A stretch of 64,000 nucleotides of DNA, from positions 10,106,001 through 10,170,000 of the forward strand of contig OX597815.1 in the NCBI GenBank assembly GCA_951406725.2. Reading direction: 5' to 3'. Each line of letters starts with the position of its first letter. Position 1 is the stretch's first letter. Of this stretch, positions 50,478 through 64,000 are shown piece by piece. Below the pieces are notes generated by a model that worked only from the letters and a program-made list of their open reading frames with translations, did no database searches and was not told where the DNA came from. Both the position numbers and the translations under genes were made by a program. Origin of the DNA: Octopus vulgaris (Eukaryota).

Positions 50478-50688
50478 GGTATATTGCTCTGCTTATCCCG
50501 GTCTGCGTGGGTAGCATTGTTAGAAAAAACCCATTCTGTCTTTGCAAAAACAAAATAATGCTTATAGTTTATTTGATAGTTTATCTGTTCACACTGGAAA
50601 GATTTATTCTGTTTTAACAGAAGAAAAATTATCTCAACAGTTTGTGCAAATATATCCATTTGTAGATCTATGTAACATAGATCTAGAG

Positions 50689-50873
50689 CAGTGCTCCGCA
50701 ACTGGTATGCCACGGCACACTGCTGTACCCTGTGATGATACTCAGTGTGCCGTGGTGTAACCTGAATATAATTTTTTCTCTATACTTTTTGTTATATTTA
50801 AAGTTCAGGTGTGCTGCCGAATTTTGAAAAAAATATGAGAGTACCACAAGTGAAAAAAGTTTGCGGATCACTA
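50689..50873. mobile_element. hAT-like MITE
   Basis: CAGTGCTCCGCAA / TTGCGGATCACTA termini; degenerate 8-bp TSD ATCTAGAG/AATTAGAG. Confidence 0.65.
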
Positions 50874-52021
50874 AATTAGAGAAAAATTTGTATGGAAATT
50901 GTAGTTAAGACACCCGTGCTGGTGACTTGTAAAAAGCACCGTCTGAACATGGCAGATGCCAGCGCCGCCTGACTGGCGTCCGTGTTGGTGACATGTAAAA
51001 GCACCAACCGATCGTGGTCGTTTGCCAGCCTGCTCTGGCACCTGTGCTGGTGGCACGTACTCATGGAGTGGTTGGCATTAGGAAGGGCATCCAGCTGTAG
51101 AAACTCTGCCAGATCAAGATTGGAGCCTGGTGCAATCTCCTGGCTTCCCAGACCCCGGTCGAACCATCCAACCCAAGCTAGCACGGAAAACGGACGTGAA
51201 ACGATGATGATGATGATGATATATTCTGACAAGACACTGTGAAGAGAAAGAACTCTCCAGTGGAATTTAATGTTATGTTTCTTCATCATTTGAAGGTCAA
51301 TGGGGATGGAGAAAGACAACTCTTGGGCTGTCATTAACAACTACTTTGACCCCTTAACAGTAATCCTGCTGGATATCAGGGACCACAGATTGGCTTCTTG
51401 AAATCATATGCTTACTGAGGTACCCATCACTGATAGACAGGAATATTATGGATTATACCCCAGTTATAATGGAGGATTTTCGTCAACCAGATTCCCTTCC
51501 TGTCACAAAACCTCACCTGTTTCTAAACCAAGTAATATTTCCCCACAACCTGACCTGTTTTCCACAAAAGAATGGAGATGACCAACCTCACTTGTATGAC
51601 AATCATGCTCATTTGCAACTGTTTTGTGGTATCAGACAAGGGTGCACACATACATAAAAGAGGCTTCTTTCAGTTTCCATCTACCAAATCCACTCACAAG
51701 GCTTTGGTCAGTCTGGGGTTAGCAAAGAGCACTTTTCCCAGGCACCATGCAGTGAGACTGAACCCAAGACCACATGGTTGGGAAGCAAGCTTCTTAACCA
51801 CACAGTCATGTTTACACCTATAAGCATCATCATCATCATCCCCTGTTGTAGTCTTTCGCCCCAACTTTCTCTCACTCTTTCTTCTTGTTTCTTGAGTAAC
51901 GCTGTGATGGACTGGCGTCCCGTCCAGCTGGGGGAGGGAACGCATACGCCACGGAAACTGGGCCCATGAGCCTGGCTAGGCTTGAAAAAGGCGCATAAAT
52001 AAATAAATCGCATGAAAAATA

Positions 52022-52325
52022 AAATAATAATAATGAAATTATTGTATACAGTGCTCAGGTGCACCACAACTTGTCAGAAAGTGCATATAAAGTACATGCA
52101 GTAATGTAAAAATGTCCGGAAAGCGAACAATGTATGAGTCAGATACACGCTCGTGTGTGTGTATGGAGGGGAGAAAATCAGGTGCAGCGCTGGCGAATCC
52201 CAGAAAGCATGGAAGTTCTGAAGGATGCAGCGCTCCGGCAACCAACAACCGATGCCGGCAGTTTGTTCCATGCTTCAGCAACTCTCAGCGTGAAAAAATG
52301 TTTCCTGAAGTCATGGGAGCTGATG
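52022..52325 (-). mobile_element. CR1-type LINE 3' fragment (same family as 60262-60760; tiny tail also at 32119-32175)
   Basis: Close similarity to the 60450-60760 segment in reverse orientation. Confidence 0.85.
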
Positions 52326-52417
52326 GAAAAAAAAACAATAATGTCTCAATGGTTTACGGGAAACACCTTTAAAAAAATTCTACAAGAAGACAGCAAATAA
52401 CTAAAAATGGTTTATTA

Positions 52418-52698
52418 TCAAGAAGTGTTTGCTGATGGTAAATTAGAGTCCTGAGGTTGACCAGTTGTGATGTCAGGTAAAGTTTCTGGAGTCTTCAGCT
52501 TGAACACAACTGGGATTTTTTCTAATTTAGGATTGGTTTTTTGTAGCCCACGAATCCAGGTAACAAGAGAAGCCTTTGTTGATGTCCCTGTAATGCACAT
52601 GGCCAATATGGTTCCTTCAGGTTGTTGATGGAGGCTTGTAGATAGACTCGGCAGTGTGTGGTGTTCCTCTTCCGTAAAAACATTCCATTCAAACAGAT
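52418..52698 (-). CDS. Putative terminal coding exon of an unidentified minus-strand gene
   Basis: Branch-like CTAAT and tcattgcAG acceptor, then 92 sense codons of non-repeat sequence (LFEWNVFTEEEHHTLPSLSTSLHQQPEGTILAMCITG...NTS). TGA is followed after one base by AATAAA (52411-52416). Confidence 0.45.
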
Positions 52699-53142
52699 CT
52701 GCAATGATGGATGGCACATAGATTAGATTAGTTAAAATGGTTCCTTAATACCTAAATAGCAATCCCTTATTTGTGACTTAATTAAACCTACAAATGATAC
52801 CTTTGTACAAAGAAAAAAGGAAGTTTGTGAGTGGCTGTCTGTGATAAAAGACATCCATCAGTAACTGACATAGTTTTCTGAAAATTTTATTTTCTTAGCA
52901 AGTTAAAAGAAGAGGGATCAGTTAATTGTGACCCTTTTTTAGGTTCTTCAAGAATGATGAAATTGATAGACATTAAGAACATCTGTAGGAAAAATGAGAA
53001 CCAGGAAGGATTCCAGAGGGTTGCTCATAGAGATAGAGAAAAATATGGAAACTGAGATGCTCATAACTTTTTTCTTTAGAGCTTTAATGATAGGAATATA
53101 GTGATATAACCACAACCAGAATCAAGACTGTTCTCTAGAACT

Positions 53143-53505
53143 CATCATCATGGCTCGGCTTCGCAAACGATGAACAGGAAGGCTGTCCACGTTGCGTGGA
53201 AGATTTGCAATCTCAAAACTTATGAAAACAAGACATTTGTATTACAGAGCGAGGGAGCCGGTTTCAGCCGGGTTGGTAACGAAAGGGTTAATGACAGGAA
53301 TCAAAACTCATTTCAAAACTGTTCTCTAGACCTTCCTCCTGTGTCTCTTCTTTGTTCCTCAAACTTGCTGACTGCATTGAAGATCGTGTGGTGCCAGACA
53401 TCACGGTCCGCAGCCAGGTCTGACCAGCATTGGTGGTTAATATGACATGCTGTTAGAGACTTCTTGAGGCAGTCTTTGTAGCGCTTCCTCGGAGCTCCTC
53501 TAATT
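53143..53505 (-). mobile_element. RTE-clade LINE 3' fragment, interrupted by a short insertion
   Basis: RGAPRKRYKDCLKKSL...WSDLAADRDVWHHTI; ends ...GCGAAGCCGAGCCATGATGATGA tail. Confidence 0.8.
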
Positions 53506-54416
53506 AGACTGCTACTAATTAGGTCAATGTAACATTATTAGATGTGTTTTTTTCTTTTCAAAATTAAAAAATAAAATGTTCTGAAAGTTTGACATAAAAA
53601 ATTATCATGTTAGAATAGACGGAGGGACCTTTTAGCTATTCAGGTATGGATTGCTTCAACAACGAGAATATCTTCAGCTGCTAACCCCAGATAACAGCAT
53701 AATGGCATGTATTCTCATTCAGTTGGAAAGCCTGAAAGAAACAGACTAATAGGACTAGCTTAACTCGTTAGTATTTAAACCACATCAGGCCTAAATATTT
53801 TACCAGTTTTATGCTTAAACAGACCAGATCCAGCCTCTCACACTTCTCCTACAATGTCATTTTAAAAATAAATAATCACATCATTGAAATATCGAAGCTA
53901 CAAGACAACATGATAAATTCAAAACAATGTGAATAAATAAGCATCATATTTAATAGAGAATAATTTGAATAGGAAAGGATTAGCACCACAACATCACAGA
54001 AGTATGAAGATTTGAACCGTTAGCTTCATGATTTATAGCACAAGCATCATAACATTGTGTTAAAGAGACTCAGTAGAGAACAACAGAATTAAACTACTTC
54101 ATTTAATGTCTGGAGTTAATTTCCTTTTTTGTTTTGAACTTAAAATGTTGAGTCAGCCAAATCAACAACAACCCAGCCTACCAACAATTCTAATTACATC
54201 CACTAACAAAAAAAATCCATTTTTCTTGTTTTATCTGTTAAAAAAAACCCCCAAAAACCCAACCAAATCTCATACTCTATCATTATAAAAAGGAAGGATG
54301 CATTGAGCGATGAAGTCAAAAATATGTCTTAAAACAGATGGTCATGGATTGATCGTTAATTGTAAGTTGGCTTGATCAGGTCTGAATTGAGCATAAACGA
54401 CAACTAAATTCCTTAA

Positions 54417-54890
54417 ATTCGATGACTGGCATCTGTGCTAGCAGGGTGCAAAGAGCACCATACGAGCATGATTGTTGACAGAGCGGCTAACTGGCTTCAG
54501 TGTCAGTGGCACATAAAAGGGGCACCATTCAAGTGTGATCATTACCAGCGTTGCCTTACTGGCACTTGTGACCCATGCTAGTAGGGGGCCAAGAGCACCA
54601 TCCAAGTGTGATCGTTGCCAGAGTAGCCAACTGGCCTCCGTGTCGGTGGCACATAAAAAGCACCAACCAATCATGGTCGTTGCCAGCCTCGTCTGGCACC
54701 TGTGCCAGTGGCACATAAAAAGCACCCACTTCATTCTCGGAGTGGTTGGCGTTAGGAGTGGCATCCAGCTGTAGAAACCCTGCCAGATCAAGATTGGAGC
54801 CTGGTGCAGCCATCTAGTTCACCAGTCCTCAGTCAAATTGTCCAACCCATGCTAGCATGGAAAGCAGACGTTAAACGATGATGATGATGA
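54417..54890 (+). mobile_element. Family C retroposon
   Basis: Family match. Further copies at 13822-14025, 15515-15705, 34112-34365, 50890-51220, 55250-55620, 55920-56075, 56825-57050 and 58880-59145. Confidence 0.8.
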
Positions 54891-56076
54891 TCGATATCTA
54901 ACATTCATCAAGCTATGACATTTTTAGAAATATTTTCCATTTACATTCACTCTCTCTCTGATGGCTGCATTAACTGAGTCAATATATTTTGAAGTGAAAA
55001 GTCAATACAATATGGGACATTGCACTCATCATTTGAAGCTCATCCCCGTCGTACAATAGAAAGAGATACGAGATGTATATTAGTTGACATTATATTGCTT
55101 TAGTTTTATCAGTAATGTGATTTGCAAAGGTTATTTCAATAAACAATCATATCAGGGCAAAATATAGGACGAGAAAAACAGTAACAGGAACAGCAGCAAT
55201 AACAATTGACAAGATGAGAAAGAACCAAGGCGTTTAGTCAATGTTGAATTGTGGCACGTAAAGTGCACCATTTGAGCGTGATTGTTGTTAGCATTCCCTC
55301 ACTGGCACGTGAACAACACATTCGAGTGAGGACGTTGTCAGTGCTGCTGGACTGACTCCTGTGCAGGTGGCACATAAAAGACACCATTTTTGTGCGTGGC
55401 CGTTGCCAGTACTGCCAGACTGGCCCTTGTGCTGGTGGCATGTAAAAAGCACTCTTTACACTCTCAGAGTTGTTAGCATTAGGAAGGGCATCCAACTGTA
55501 GAAACTCTGCCAGATCAAGATTGGAGCCTGGTGCAGCCATCTGGTTCACCAGCCCTCAGTCAAAATCGTCCAACTCATGCTAGCATGGAAAGCGGACGTT
55601 ATATGATGATGATGATGATAATGATTATGCTAATTCTTCCTATCAACAACCACTCCACTGTGAAGCATACAGCTTTAGTTTTGCTGTCAGTTACACAAAC
55701 TGAATGAAACAAAAGTAGGGGTGTGCGTAGTGCAGGACAAAATGCGTTATAATATTTAGCTGTGTCCCTCTACAATCTGAGTAAAAATCCTGCAAGTTTG
55801 AATCTGCCTTTCTTCAATCTGAGATTGGTTAAAATAAATATATGCTGGAGTTAGTTAAATCAACTACATTCCACCATAAATATGTGGTTTTGTTTTATTT
55901 GTTTCAGTCATTTACTACATTCATGGAGTGGTTGGCGTTAGGAAGGGCATCCAGCCGTAGAAACACTGCCAAATCTGACTGGGCCTGATGAAGCCTCCCG
56001 GCTTCACAGACCCCAGTTAAACCGTCCAACCCATGCTAGCATGGAAAACGGACGCTAAATGATGATGATGATGATT

Positions 56077-56436
56077 TGACCACGGCCATGCTGGAGCACT
56101 GCCTTTAGTCGAACAAATCGACCCCAGAACTTATTCTTTGTAAGTCTAGTACTTATTCTATTGGTTTCTTTTACCGAACCACTAAATTATGGGTATGTAA
56201 ACACACCAACATCGGTTGTCCAGCGATGGGGGAGGTACAAACACAGACACACACACATATATATACATATATATGATGGGCTTCTTTCAGTTTCCATCTA
56301 CCAAATCCACTCACAAGGCATGGGTCGGCCCGAGGCTATAGTAGAAGACACTTGCCCAAGGTGCCATGCAGTGGGACTGAACCCGAACCATGTGGTTGGT
56401 AAGTAAGCTACTTACCACACACCCACTCCTGCGCCT
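56077..56436 (-). mobile_element. SINE family A
   Basis: Reverse copy. Confidence 0.8.
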
Positions 56437-57920
56437 GATTAAAAATCTTTGTTACAGGTGGAGTTGTATGGTTTGGAAGATTGTTTTGCAACTCCCTAGT
56501 TTCAGGTTTGATTCAACAACTCAGTACATTTGGGAAATGTAATCTATCACAGCCTAGGGTCCATCAAAGCCTTGTCAGTGAAATTTTGTGGAGGGAATTT
56601 ATGTGGAAGTCTGTTGGGTGTAGAGAGAAAGGGCAATCATTTCCAACACCACATGGCTTTTAGGTGTCTTTTGTAGAATCCACTCTGTTGCAAGCATTTG
56701 GACCAGGTCTCTAATCTGGGGATAACTTCCCTTTCTTCTGCCAATCTGGGAAATCCTGAAATGGGTCATGGCTAATATACTATTACTTTTCTAACTCATA
56801 AAAAATAAATAAATAATGACCACGAGCGAGGTCATTGCCAGCACTGCCTGACTGGCCCCCATGCCGGTGGCATGTAAAAAGCACCCACTACACTCTTGGA
56901 GTGGTTGGCATTAGGAAGGGCATCCAGCTGTAGAAACTCTGCCAGATCAAGATTGAAGCATGGTGCAGCCATCTGGTTCACCAGCCCTCAGTCAAAATTG
57001 TCCAACCCATGCCAGCATGGAAAGCGGACGTTAAACGATGATGATGATGAAAAGAAAAACAAATTGTAGTGAAACTTCTTGTGGAAAACCTGGCTAAATG
57101 CTTGCAGTACTTAGTAAATTTCTTTTTTTATACTGAGTTCAAATCTCACAAAGAGCAGTTGTTTATCCTTTCAGGAAGATAAAGCAAGTACCAGCCATAT
57201 ACATGTGTTGATTCAATGATCTTGCTGCCCCATCCCTACAAATCTTTGGACTTGTAATAGCAAAAAGTAGACATAATTACAATGATAATAAGGGTGGTAA
57301 ATTGAAAAAATCATTAAAGCTTTGAAAAAAAATGCCTTGCAATATTTGTTACTGCCCTTTATGTCCTCAGTTTAAATCCCACTGATATCAATTTTAACTT
57401 TCCTGAGTCATGTACTGGAGTTGAGAGTACCAACAAAGCACTCCCCTAAAAAATGCTGTCTTTGTGCTTTAATTAGAAACAATATTACAGAGATAACAGT
57501 TACAATCACTACTTACATTATCAGAGTTGACTTTACTCATCATTTTCCCAGAGTCATTAAAATTATTATCATTCATATATGAGGTTTGAGTTAACCATCA
57601 CATTGTCGCAAATTAGTGCCAGCTATGCATTAGGAATAGGTCAACCAACCATAATATCAGCACAGATTTGTGGTCTCTTGCCAATGTTTGAAATCGGCTT
57701 TATTAATACTGTATTAATACAATGCAATAGGCACAGGTAAGGTTATAGGCACAAATACACGTGTATTCACTTCCTAACCAAGTACTTTTGGGTTCAATGT
57801 CACTTTAGGGTACTTTGGATAAGCTTCTTCTACTATAGTACTAGGCCAACCAAAACTTTAGAGTGTATATGAAAAAAGGAAACTGAAAGAAACCTGTCAT
57901 ATATATACACACATATATGT

Positions 57921-58222
57921 GGAGGCGCAATGGCCCAGTGGTTAGGGCAGCGGACTCGTGGTTGTAGGATCGCAGTTTCGATTCCCAGACCAAGCGTTGT
58001 GAGTGTTTATTGAGCAAAAACACCTAAAAGCTCCACGAGGCTCTGGCAGGGGATGGTGGCGATCCCTGCTGTACTCTTTCACCACAACTTTCTCTCACTC
58101 TTTCTTCTGTTGGCCTGCTCACTTAGCCAGCGGGGTGGCATCATTTGAAGGCTAAAACAATGCGAAACGCATTGTGACCATTGATGTGTAGCAACATCTG
58201 ATAGCCTGGTCGGTCACGGTGA
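57921..58222 (+). mobile_element. tRNA-Arg-like SINE family D
   Basis: Head and body shared with the 1182 copy; different 3' tail. Confidence 0.75.
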
Positions 58223-58576
58223 TATATATACACACACACACACACACATATGCATGCACATTTATACGTGTGTGGAAGAATGAGTTTATATTTCTGAAGT
58301 CCAAATAAGTTTTCACAACAGTGTCATTTGTTTCTGGGTTTCTATGTCAACATGTCTAGGCTGTTATATAATATATATATATTTATAAATTAAATTAGAG
58401 ATAAAACCACTATTAGGCAACTCAAACAGTGATAGACATAAACCAAAACATAAATAACAAATAATATATATAATTAATATAATATACATAAGTTGAGATG
58501 CCATAAAGCCAAGCCCTTTATGGACGGGAACCCTAAGGTAATCCCATAAACCAGCCTTCCCCATTTTTAATATATA

Positions 58577-58804
58577 TTTCTTTACTACCCACAAGGGGCT
58601 AAACACAGCGGGGACAAACAAGGACAGACAAACGGATTAAGTCGATTACATCGACCCCAGTGCGCAACTGGTACTTAATTTATCGACCCCAAAAGGATGA
58701 AAGGCAAAGTCGACCTCGGCGGAATTTGAACTCAGAACGTAACGGCAGACGAAATACGGCTACGCATTTCGCCCGGCGTGCTAACGTTTCTGCCAGCTGG
58801 CCGC
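58577..58804 (-). mobile_element. SINE family B
   Basis: TSD CCATTTTTAATATATA; inserted just after a hammerhead-bearing module. Confidence 0.85.
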
Positions 58805-59405
58805 CCATTTTTAATATATACTGCTCTACATCTTAGAATGTGCTTCTTCTTTCGGATTTATGTTTTTTTCAGATGATAACATCATCATCATCGTTTAACA
58901 TCTGCTTTCCATGCTAGCATGGGTTGGACGGTTTGACCAGGGTCTGGGAAACCAGGAGGCTGCACCAGGCTCTAGTCTGATCTGGCAGTGTTTCTACGGC
59001 TGGATGCCCTTCCTAACGCCAACCACTCCGTGAGTGTAGTGGGTGATTTTTATGTGCCAGGCGAGGCTGGCAACGGCCACGATCGGTTGGTGCTTTTTGC
59101 GTGCCACTGGCAGGGAGTCCAGTCGAGGCGGTGCTGGCAACGGTCAAATATATATCTCACAAAACTTTGGTCAGCCTGAGGCTATAGTAGAAGGGACTTG
59201 CCAAGGTGCCACACAGTAGGACTGAACCTGGAACCATCCATATGGTTGGACTGCAAGCTTACCACACAGCCACACCTGTGCCTATAAAAGCTTATAGGTT
59301 ATATCAATATTGTCAGTTCATACACGAAATAAAAGAGGTTCAGCTGATTGTTGTGAACTTTGATTATCACAGACAGATTCAAAAATGATAACGATTCCAT
59401 CTTTT

Positions 59406-59818
59406 GGATCTTTTCGGTTCGACCGGCAGTTTTTAAAAATAATATCCACGTAACTAAACACTTTTAAACTTCGTATACTGGTAGAATGTGTTTATAAAAC
59501 ATCTTTTCTCTTGGCTTTATTGAGAAAATTCTGTAGTTTGTAAGATATTTGTTGTTTTTTTTTCTTCAATTTCTGCAATTTCAACCAATCAATGACGTCT
59601 ATTGAGGTGAAAGCATTCTGTGCCGTATGAATATGTCCCTCGTTTAAGAAACAGATTGTGTTTATTTACATTTCTGAAGAAAAAAAATGATACCCTTCCC
59701 CTCACCCCTAACCCTAAAACAGATTGAAATGCAATAGATCGATACTAGAGTTATAGTTATGGGTGACAATTTCATAAGACACCGCTAGAAAAAACTGCCG
59801 GTCAAACCGAAAAGATCC
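59406..59818. mobile_element. TIR MITE family 3 (GGATCTTTTCGGTT TIR)
   Basis: ~28-bp TIRs. Further copies at 63210-63621 (reverse) and a partial one at 34375-34589. Confidence 0.8.
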
Positions 59819-60261
59819 CATCTGTGTAGGAAAAGCAGGACCACATTTAACCAACACGTACTTCTTTAACTCGGTAGTGTGTGATTTGAGGGAATGCTGG
59901 TTACTGTTTCTTGCATAGCGGAACACAAAGTAGAGACTCACTTGTCAGCTAGGATTGCGAGGGTGTGGTGGGTATGAAGTCAAGCTATTGGGCTTACGTA
60001 TTGGTCACAAGGACGACACTTTAAATATTAGTAAAACAATTGAAGCGCAAGGGACGTAACTCCGAAAGCTGAAACAAAAACTAGATTCTTTACATCGCAG
60101 TGGGAAAGACGTTCTCCTTCATCGTCACGGATTTACGTCTACTTTCTCTATGCCGGCAAGGGTTGGACAAGACTTACTGAGACAATATTCTATGATCAGA
60201 TACCTTTCTTAATACCCAATTTGCTAACTGTTCAGTTTAGGGATATTAAAAAAGTAAATAT

Positions 60262-60760
60262 TCTTTGCCATATTCTGAATGCCTTACTTCCCTGGGCATG
60301 GACACATTGAAACTCCGACGTCTGGCAGCTGACTTGGCAGACACCCATAAAATTATTAACCATCTTACAAACAATATCTCTGAGCACCTTTTCAAACTCC
60401 ACCCGTCTAACACCCGTGGACATATTTACAAAGTCAGAAAACAGCACAGCTCCCATGACTTTCGGAAACATTTTTTCATGCTAAGAGTTGCTGAAGCATG
60501 GAACAAACTGCTGGCATCAGTTGTTAGTTGTCGGAGCACTGCATCCTTCAAAACTTCCATGCTTCCTGAGATTCACCAACACTACACCTGATTCTCTCCT
60601 CCCCTCCATACACACGCAAGCATGTATCCGACTCATACACTGTTCACTTCCCAAACATTTGTACATTACTGCATATGCTTTATACGCACTTCTGACAAGT
60701 TGTGGTGCACCTGAGCACTGTATACAATAATTTCATTATTATTATTATTATTATTATTAT
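60262..60760 (+). mobile_element. CR1-type LINE 3' end with (ATT)n tail
   Basis: PYSECLTSLGMDTLKLRR..DL..THKI..TRGH..FF..RVAEAWNKL..SFK is the CR1/L2 C-terminal signature, followed by a 3' UTR and ATT repeats. Confidence 0.85.
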
Positions 60761-60831
60761 AAATAAAGATTGAGGAAGAGATAACTAGTAAAGCGACATA
60801 AATAAGTCACCTCATTGTTACACAACATAAA

Positions 60832-61173
60832 TCTTTATATATAAAGCTGATGTTGTCTGTGTATGACAGGTTTGGTAGCCTTCAACTAACACTATCTCCT
60901 CCGAGACCCTGCAGCGCAAGTTGACCAAAATTGAGATTATGATAGAAGGAGGCTTGCTCTTCATTCCATAGAAGAAAAAATTCAAATCGGACCATGTTAA
61001 CACCAAAAATTATTTACATCAAAAACGTGGGGTTTTTTTTCTATGAAAATACCTATTTTTTTAACGATTTTGTGACTGTATTTCAACCAGAAAAATGTTC
61101 ACTTAAAGAGAATAACAAGCTACACGATGCAAAATTTTTACTTTTCAAAAATTCCAATTCTAAAGGGTCGAAA
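60832..61173 (+). mobile_element. Helitron subfamily 2 copy, 3' truncated
   Basis: Matches 14588-14890 but lacks the terminal hairpin. Confidence 0.75.
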
Positions 61174-61206
61174 AGAAAATAAATATTTACTTTGGAATTG
61201 ATCAGA

Positions 61207-61484
61207 ATGGCACGTGGCAGACCAGCGGAACCACAATTCATTGTTCCTGAAATTCAAATCGTCAACCGAGAATCAATATCGGAATAACACCCAATTAACC
61301 GAACCACGAGACAAGATTCTTCAGTGGTTGGCATGGCGTCGACTAATTATGAATTTAGACATGTGCGAAAATTGTAATTCGCCATGTTACCTTACTACAG
61401 TATTTTTTGATACATAAAGCGTGACGGGCCACGATCATGGCCGTCAGGCACAGGTCGACAGGCCACAATCGTGGCCCAGATGCC
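61207..61484 (+). mobile_element. Merlin/IS1016-like transposon remnant
   Basis: ILQWLAWRRLIMNLDMCENCNSPC resembles the N-terminal CxxC ribbon of ISXO2/Merlin transposases; GG-ended terminus with repeated GGCCACGATC(G)TGGCC palindromes. Confidence 0.45.
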
Positions 61485-63209
61485 TTTGATTTATGGGCGT
61501 TTGTTGGGGTCTAATGTCACTCAAACGCTCCGATACCCCTAGAATGCAAGAGGATTAATAATTCAAATTGTGACTTTTCAGATGATGTAAAACTCGCCAC
61601 CATTATATACTAAGAAGATATTTTAACTAATTTTTTGTTTTTTATGTGTGCATGGTTGTCTCATTTTCATAAACTATGCTCAGCAGTCCATGTTATGTGA
61701 GTGCAAATCCCAGCGCCTTATGGGTTAACAGTAAGTTACTAGTTATCTCCCCCTTAATTTTTATTTACTTCTTAAATATCCCCAAACTGAACAATTATCC
61801 TAATTTTTCTTGTTTTCAAAGAAGAATATTTAATCTCATGTCTTCCCACATCCAACTACAAAACTTCTGGATCTTTTGTTTATGGGGGACAGTTATAATA
61901 ATGTCACCGCTGTCCAAGCAGTGATATTTTGAAAACGCACACACCCCAACGGACTTTCGTACAGTTTATGTCTACCAAAGTTCTATTTTCTGCTTATCAA
62001 ACACTCAATTCTTCCTTCTAACAGGTCTATATTCATCTGATCAACATGAGGCTACAGTAGAACTCTTGCCTAAGGTGCAACACAATAGGATTACACTCAA
62101 AATCCCTGTCTTTGTGGATCAAACTTCTGTCACAACATGCCAAATAAACCACCTCATCCATCGAACCAGAGATAAAACAGATGTAAAATATCGACAAAAA
62201 CAGTAATAATCATCGGTCCAAGGAGACGAGTTATGGATTTAATCAATCCCAGTGAGACGAAAAGCAAAGTCCACTTTGTCAAGATTTTGAACTTAGATTG
62301 CAAATAGATTTAACTAAATACTATGAGCTATTTTGTTTGGTGTGCTACAATTCTGTCTTCTATGACCTTCCATAATAATCCAGTCTATGATAGGCATGTA
62401 GCGTATCTGACATCCCCACTGTTTGAGAGACACAATAAGAATGATCTCGTTTGAGATTACAACCATCTTTGGCTAGTTTGACCCTGTTGTGTCCACTGAT
62501 CTGATTGGTTGGTATCTGGCGCGGTTTGTCTTATTTCGCGTCAGGTTGTAAAGCCAACCAATCATGGCCTTTAGATAAGGTCTCGTCACACTGTGTTCCA
62601 GAGATCTTCATCTTGTTACAGGCACAAGGCCTGAAGTTTGGTGGAGGGTGCTAGTCGCTTACATTGACCCCAGTACACAACTGGTACTTATTTTATTGAC
62701 CCTGAAAGTATAAAAGGGCAAAGTCGACCTTGGTGGAGTTTGCATCACCTTCCATAATATTGATAATAACTGTTTCAAATTTTAACATAGTGCTAGTAAT
62801 TTTAGTAGGACGGGGTTAGTTATATGTTGCCCCTTTCCCCACTCGCAAACTAGTGCCCAATTGGTACCCATTTTATTGACACTGAACGGTAAAGTTGACC
62901 TTGCAGAATATAAAAAGCCAGAAGAAATGCCACCAAACATTTTGTCCAATATCCTAAGCTCACCACCTTAACAATGGTTTCAGATTTTGCTATTGGTACA
63001 AGGTCAACAATTTTAGAAGGAAGGGCTTAGCTGATTACGTCAACTGCAGTACTTGACTGGTACTTTATTTTATTGACCCCAACAAAGGGATGAAATGTAA
63101 TGCTGACCCGAGTGGGATTTAAATTCAGAACCAAAGAGATAGAAGAAATACTGTTAAGTATTCTATTTGATGTGTTATGAATTCTGTTATCCAACTGCTT
63201 TAAATTTTG

Positions 63210-63621
63210 GGATCTTTTCGGTTTGAACGGCAGTTTTTTCTAGCGGTGTCATATGAAATTGTCACCCATAATTATGACCCCAGTATCGATCTATTGCATT
63301 TCAATCTGTTTTAGGGTTAGGGGTGAGGGGAAGGGTATCTTTTTTTTTTCTTCAGAAATGTAAATAAACACAATCTGTTTCTTAAACGAGGGACATATTC
63401 ATACAGCACAGAACGTTTTCACCTCAATAGACGTTATTGATTGGTTGAAATTGCAGAAATTGAAGAAAAAACAACAAATATCTTACAAACTATAGAATTT
63501 TCTCAATAAAGCCAAGAGAAAAAGATGTTTTATAAACACATTCTACCAGTATACGAAGTTTAAAAGTGCTTAGTTATGTAGAAATTATTTTAAAAAACTG
63601 CCGGTCAAACCGAAAAGATTC
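63210..63621. mobile_element. TIR MITE family 3 copy
   Basis: Reverse-complement near-identity to 59406-59818. Confidence 0.8.
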
Positions 63622-64000
63622 AGATTTTGACACAACGCCAGCAATTCTAAAGGGGAAGGGGTTTGGGTAAATAGCTTGAGCACTGGTGCTTATTTTATGG
63701 GAGTTAAACTCAGAACCTAAAGGGCAGAAGAAATGCTGATAAATGTTTTGTCCAGTCTGCTAATAATTCTGGCAGTAAGAAGAAATTCCTACAGAAATTC
63801 TTGGAATTAATGAATATTAAAGGTTAGACTGTTTCAGATAGAACTGTTTCTTAAGACATTTAAAACAAGATTTTTTTAATGAAAATAATCTTAAAGTTTA
63901 CCATCAGCATCATCATCATCCTCGTTTAACTTTTTCCCTGCTTCCACAGCTTTAAGAGATTCATTAGGGTTTTTCTCAGCTATCAAGACGAAGTAAGTTT

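Noticed and set aside
52800-53735. Small candidate upstream exons for the 52698 exon (52801-52838, ~52935-52982, ~53686-53731)
   Set aside because: Acceptors are plausible but donors are weak and frames are ambiguous; cannot be supported without RNA data.

Overview
AT-rich, repeat-dense eukaryotic DNA. The SINE families and (TA)n/(CA)n microsatellites resemble octopus (coleoid cephalopod) sequence; this is inference, not a search result. One complete protein-coding gene is well supported: a two-exon PLD6/Zucchini (mitoPLD) on + (35444-35903 and 44679-44938, 239 aa, single HKD motif, CCCH-type finger). Also present are a probable first coding exon of a divergently transcribed gene (FNIP-like N-terminus, 23296-23378, minus) with an E-box/CCAAT promoter, an orphan terminal coding exon on minus (52418-52698), and a tRNA-Asn(GUU) gene or pseudogene. 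The rest is mostly mobile DNA: four SINE-like families, RTE and CR1 LINE relics, Helitron, MULE, hAT, piggyBac and mariner non-autonomous elements, a DD41D transposon and a Merlin-like fragment. The most unusual signal is a set of largely unrelated type I hammerhead-ribozyme motifs, mostly in short (TA)n-flanked non-coding modules resembling Penelope/retrozyme elements. Several of these, plus long hairpins, cluster antisense just downstream of the Zucchini gene. Most entries in the supplied ORF track are artefacts of repeats.
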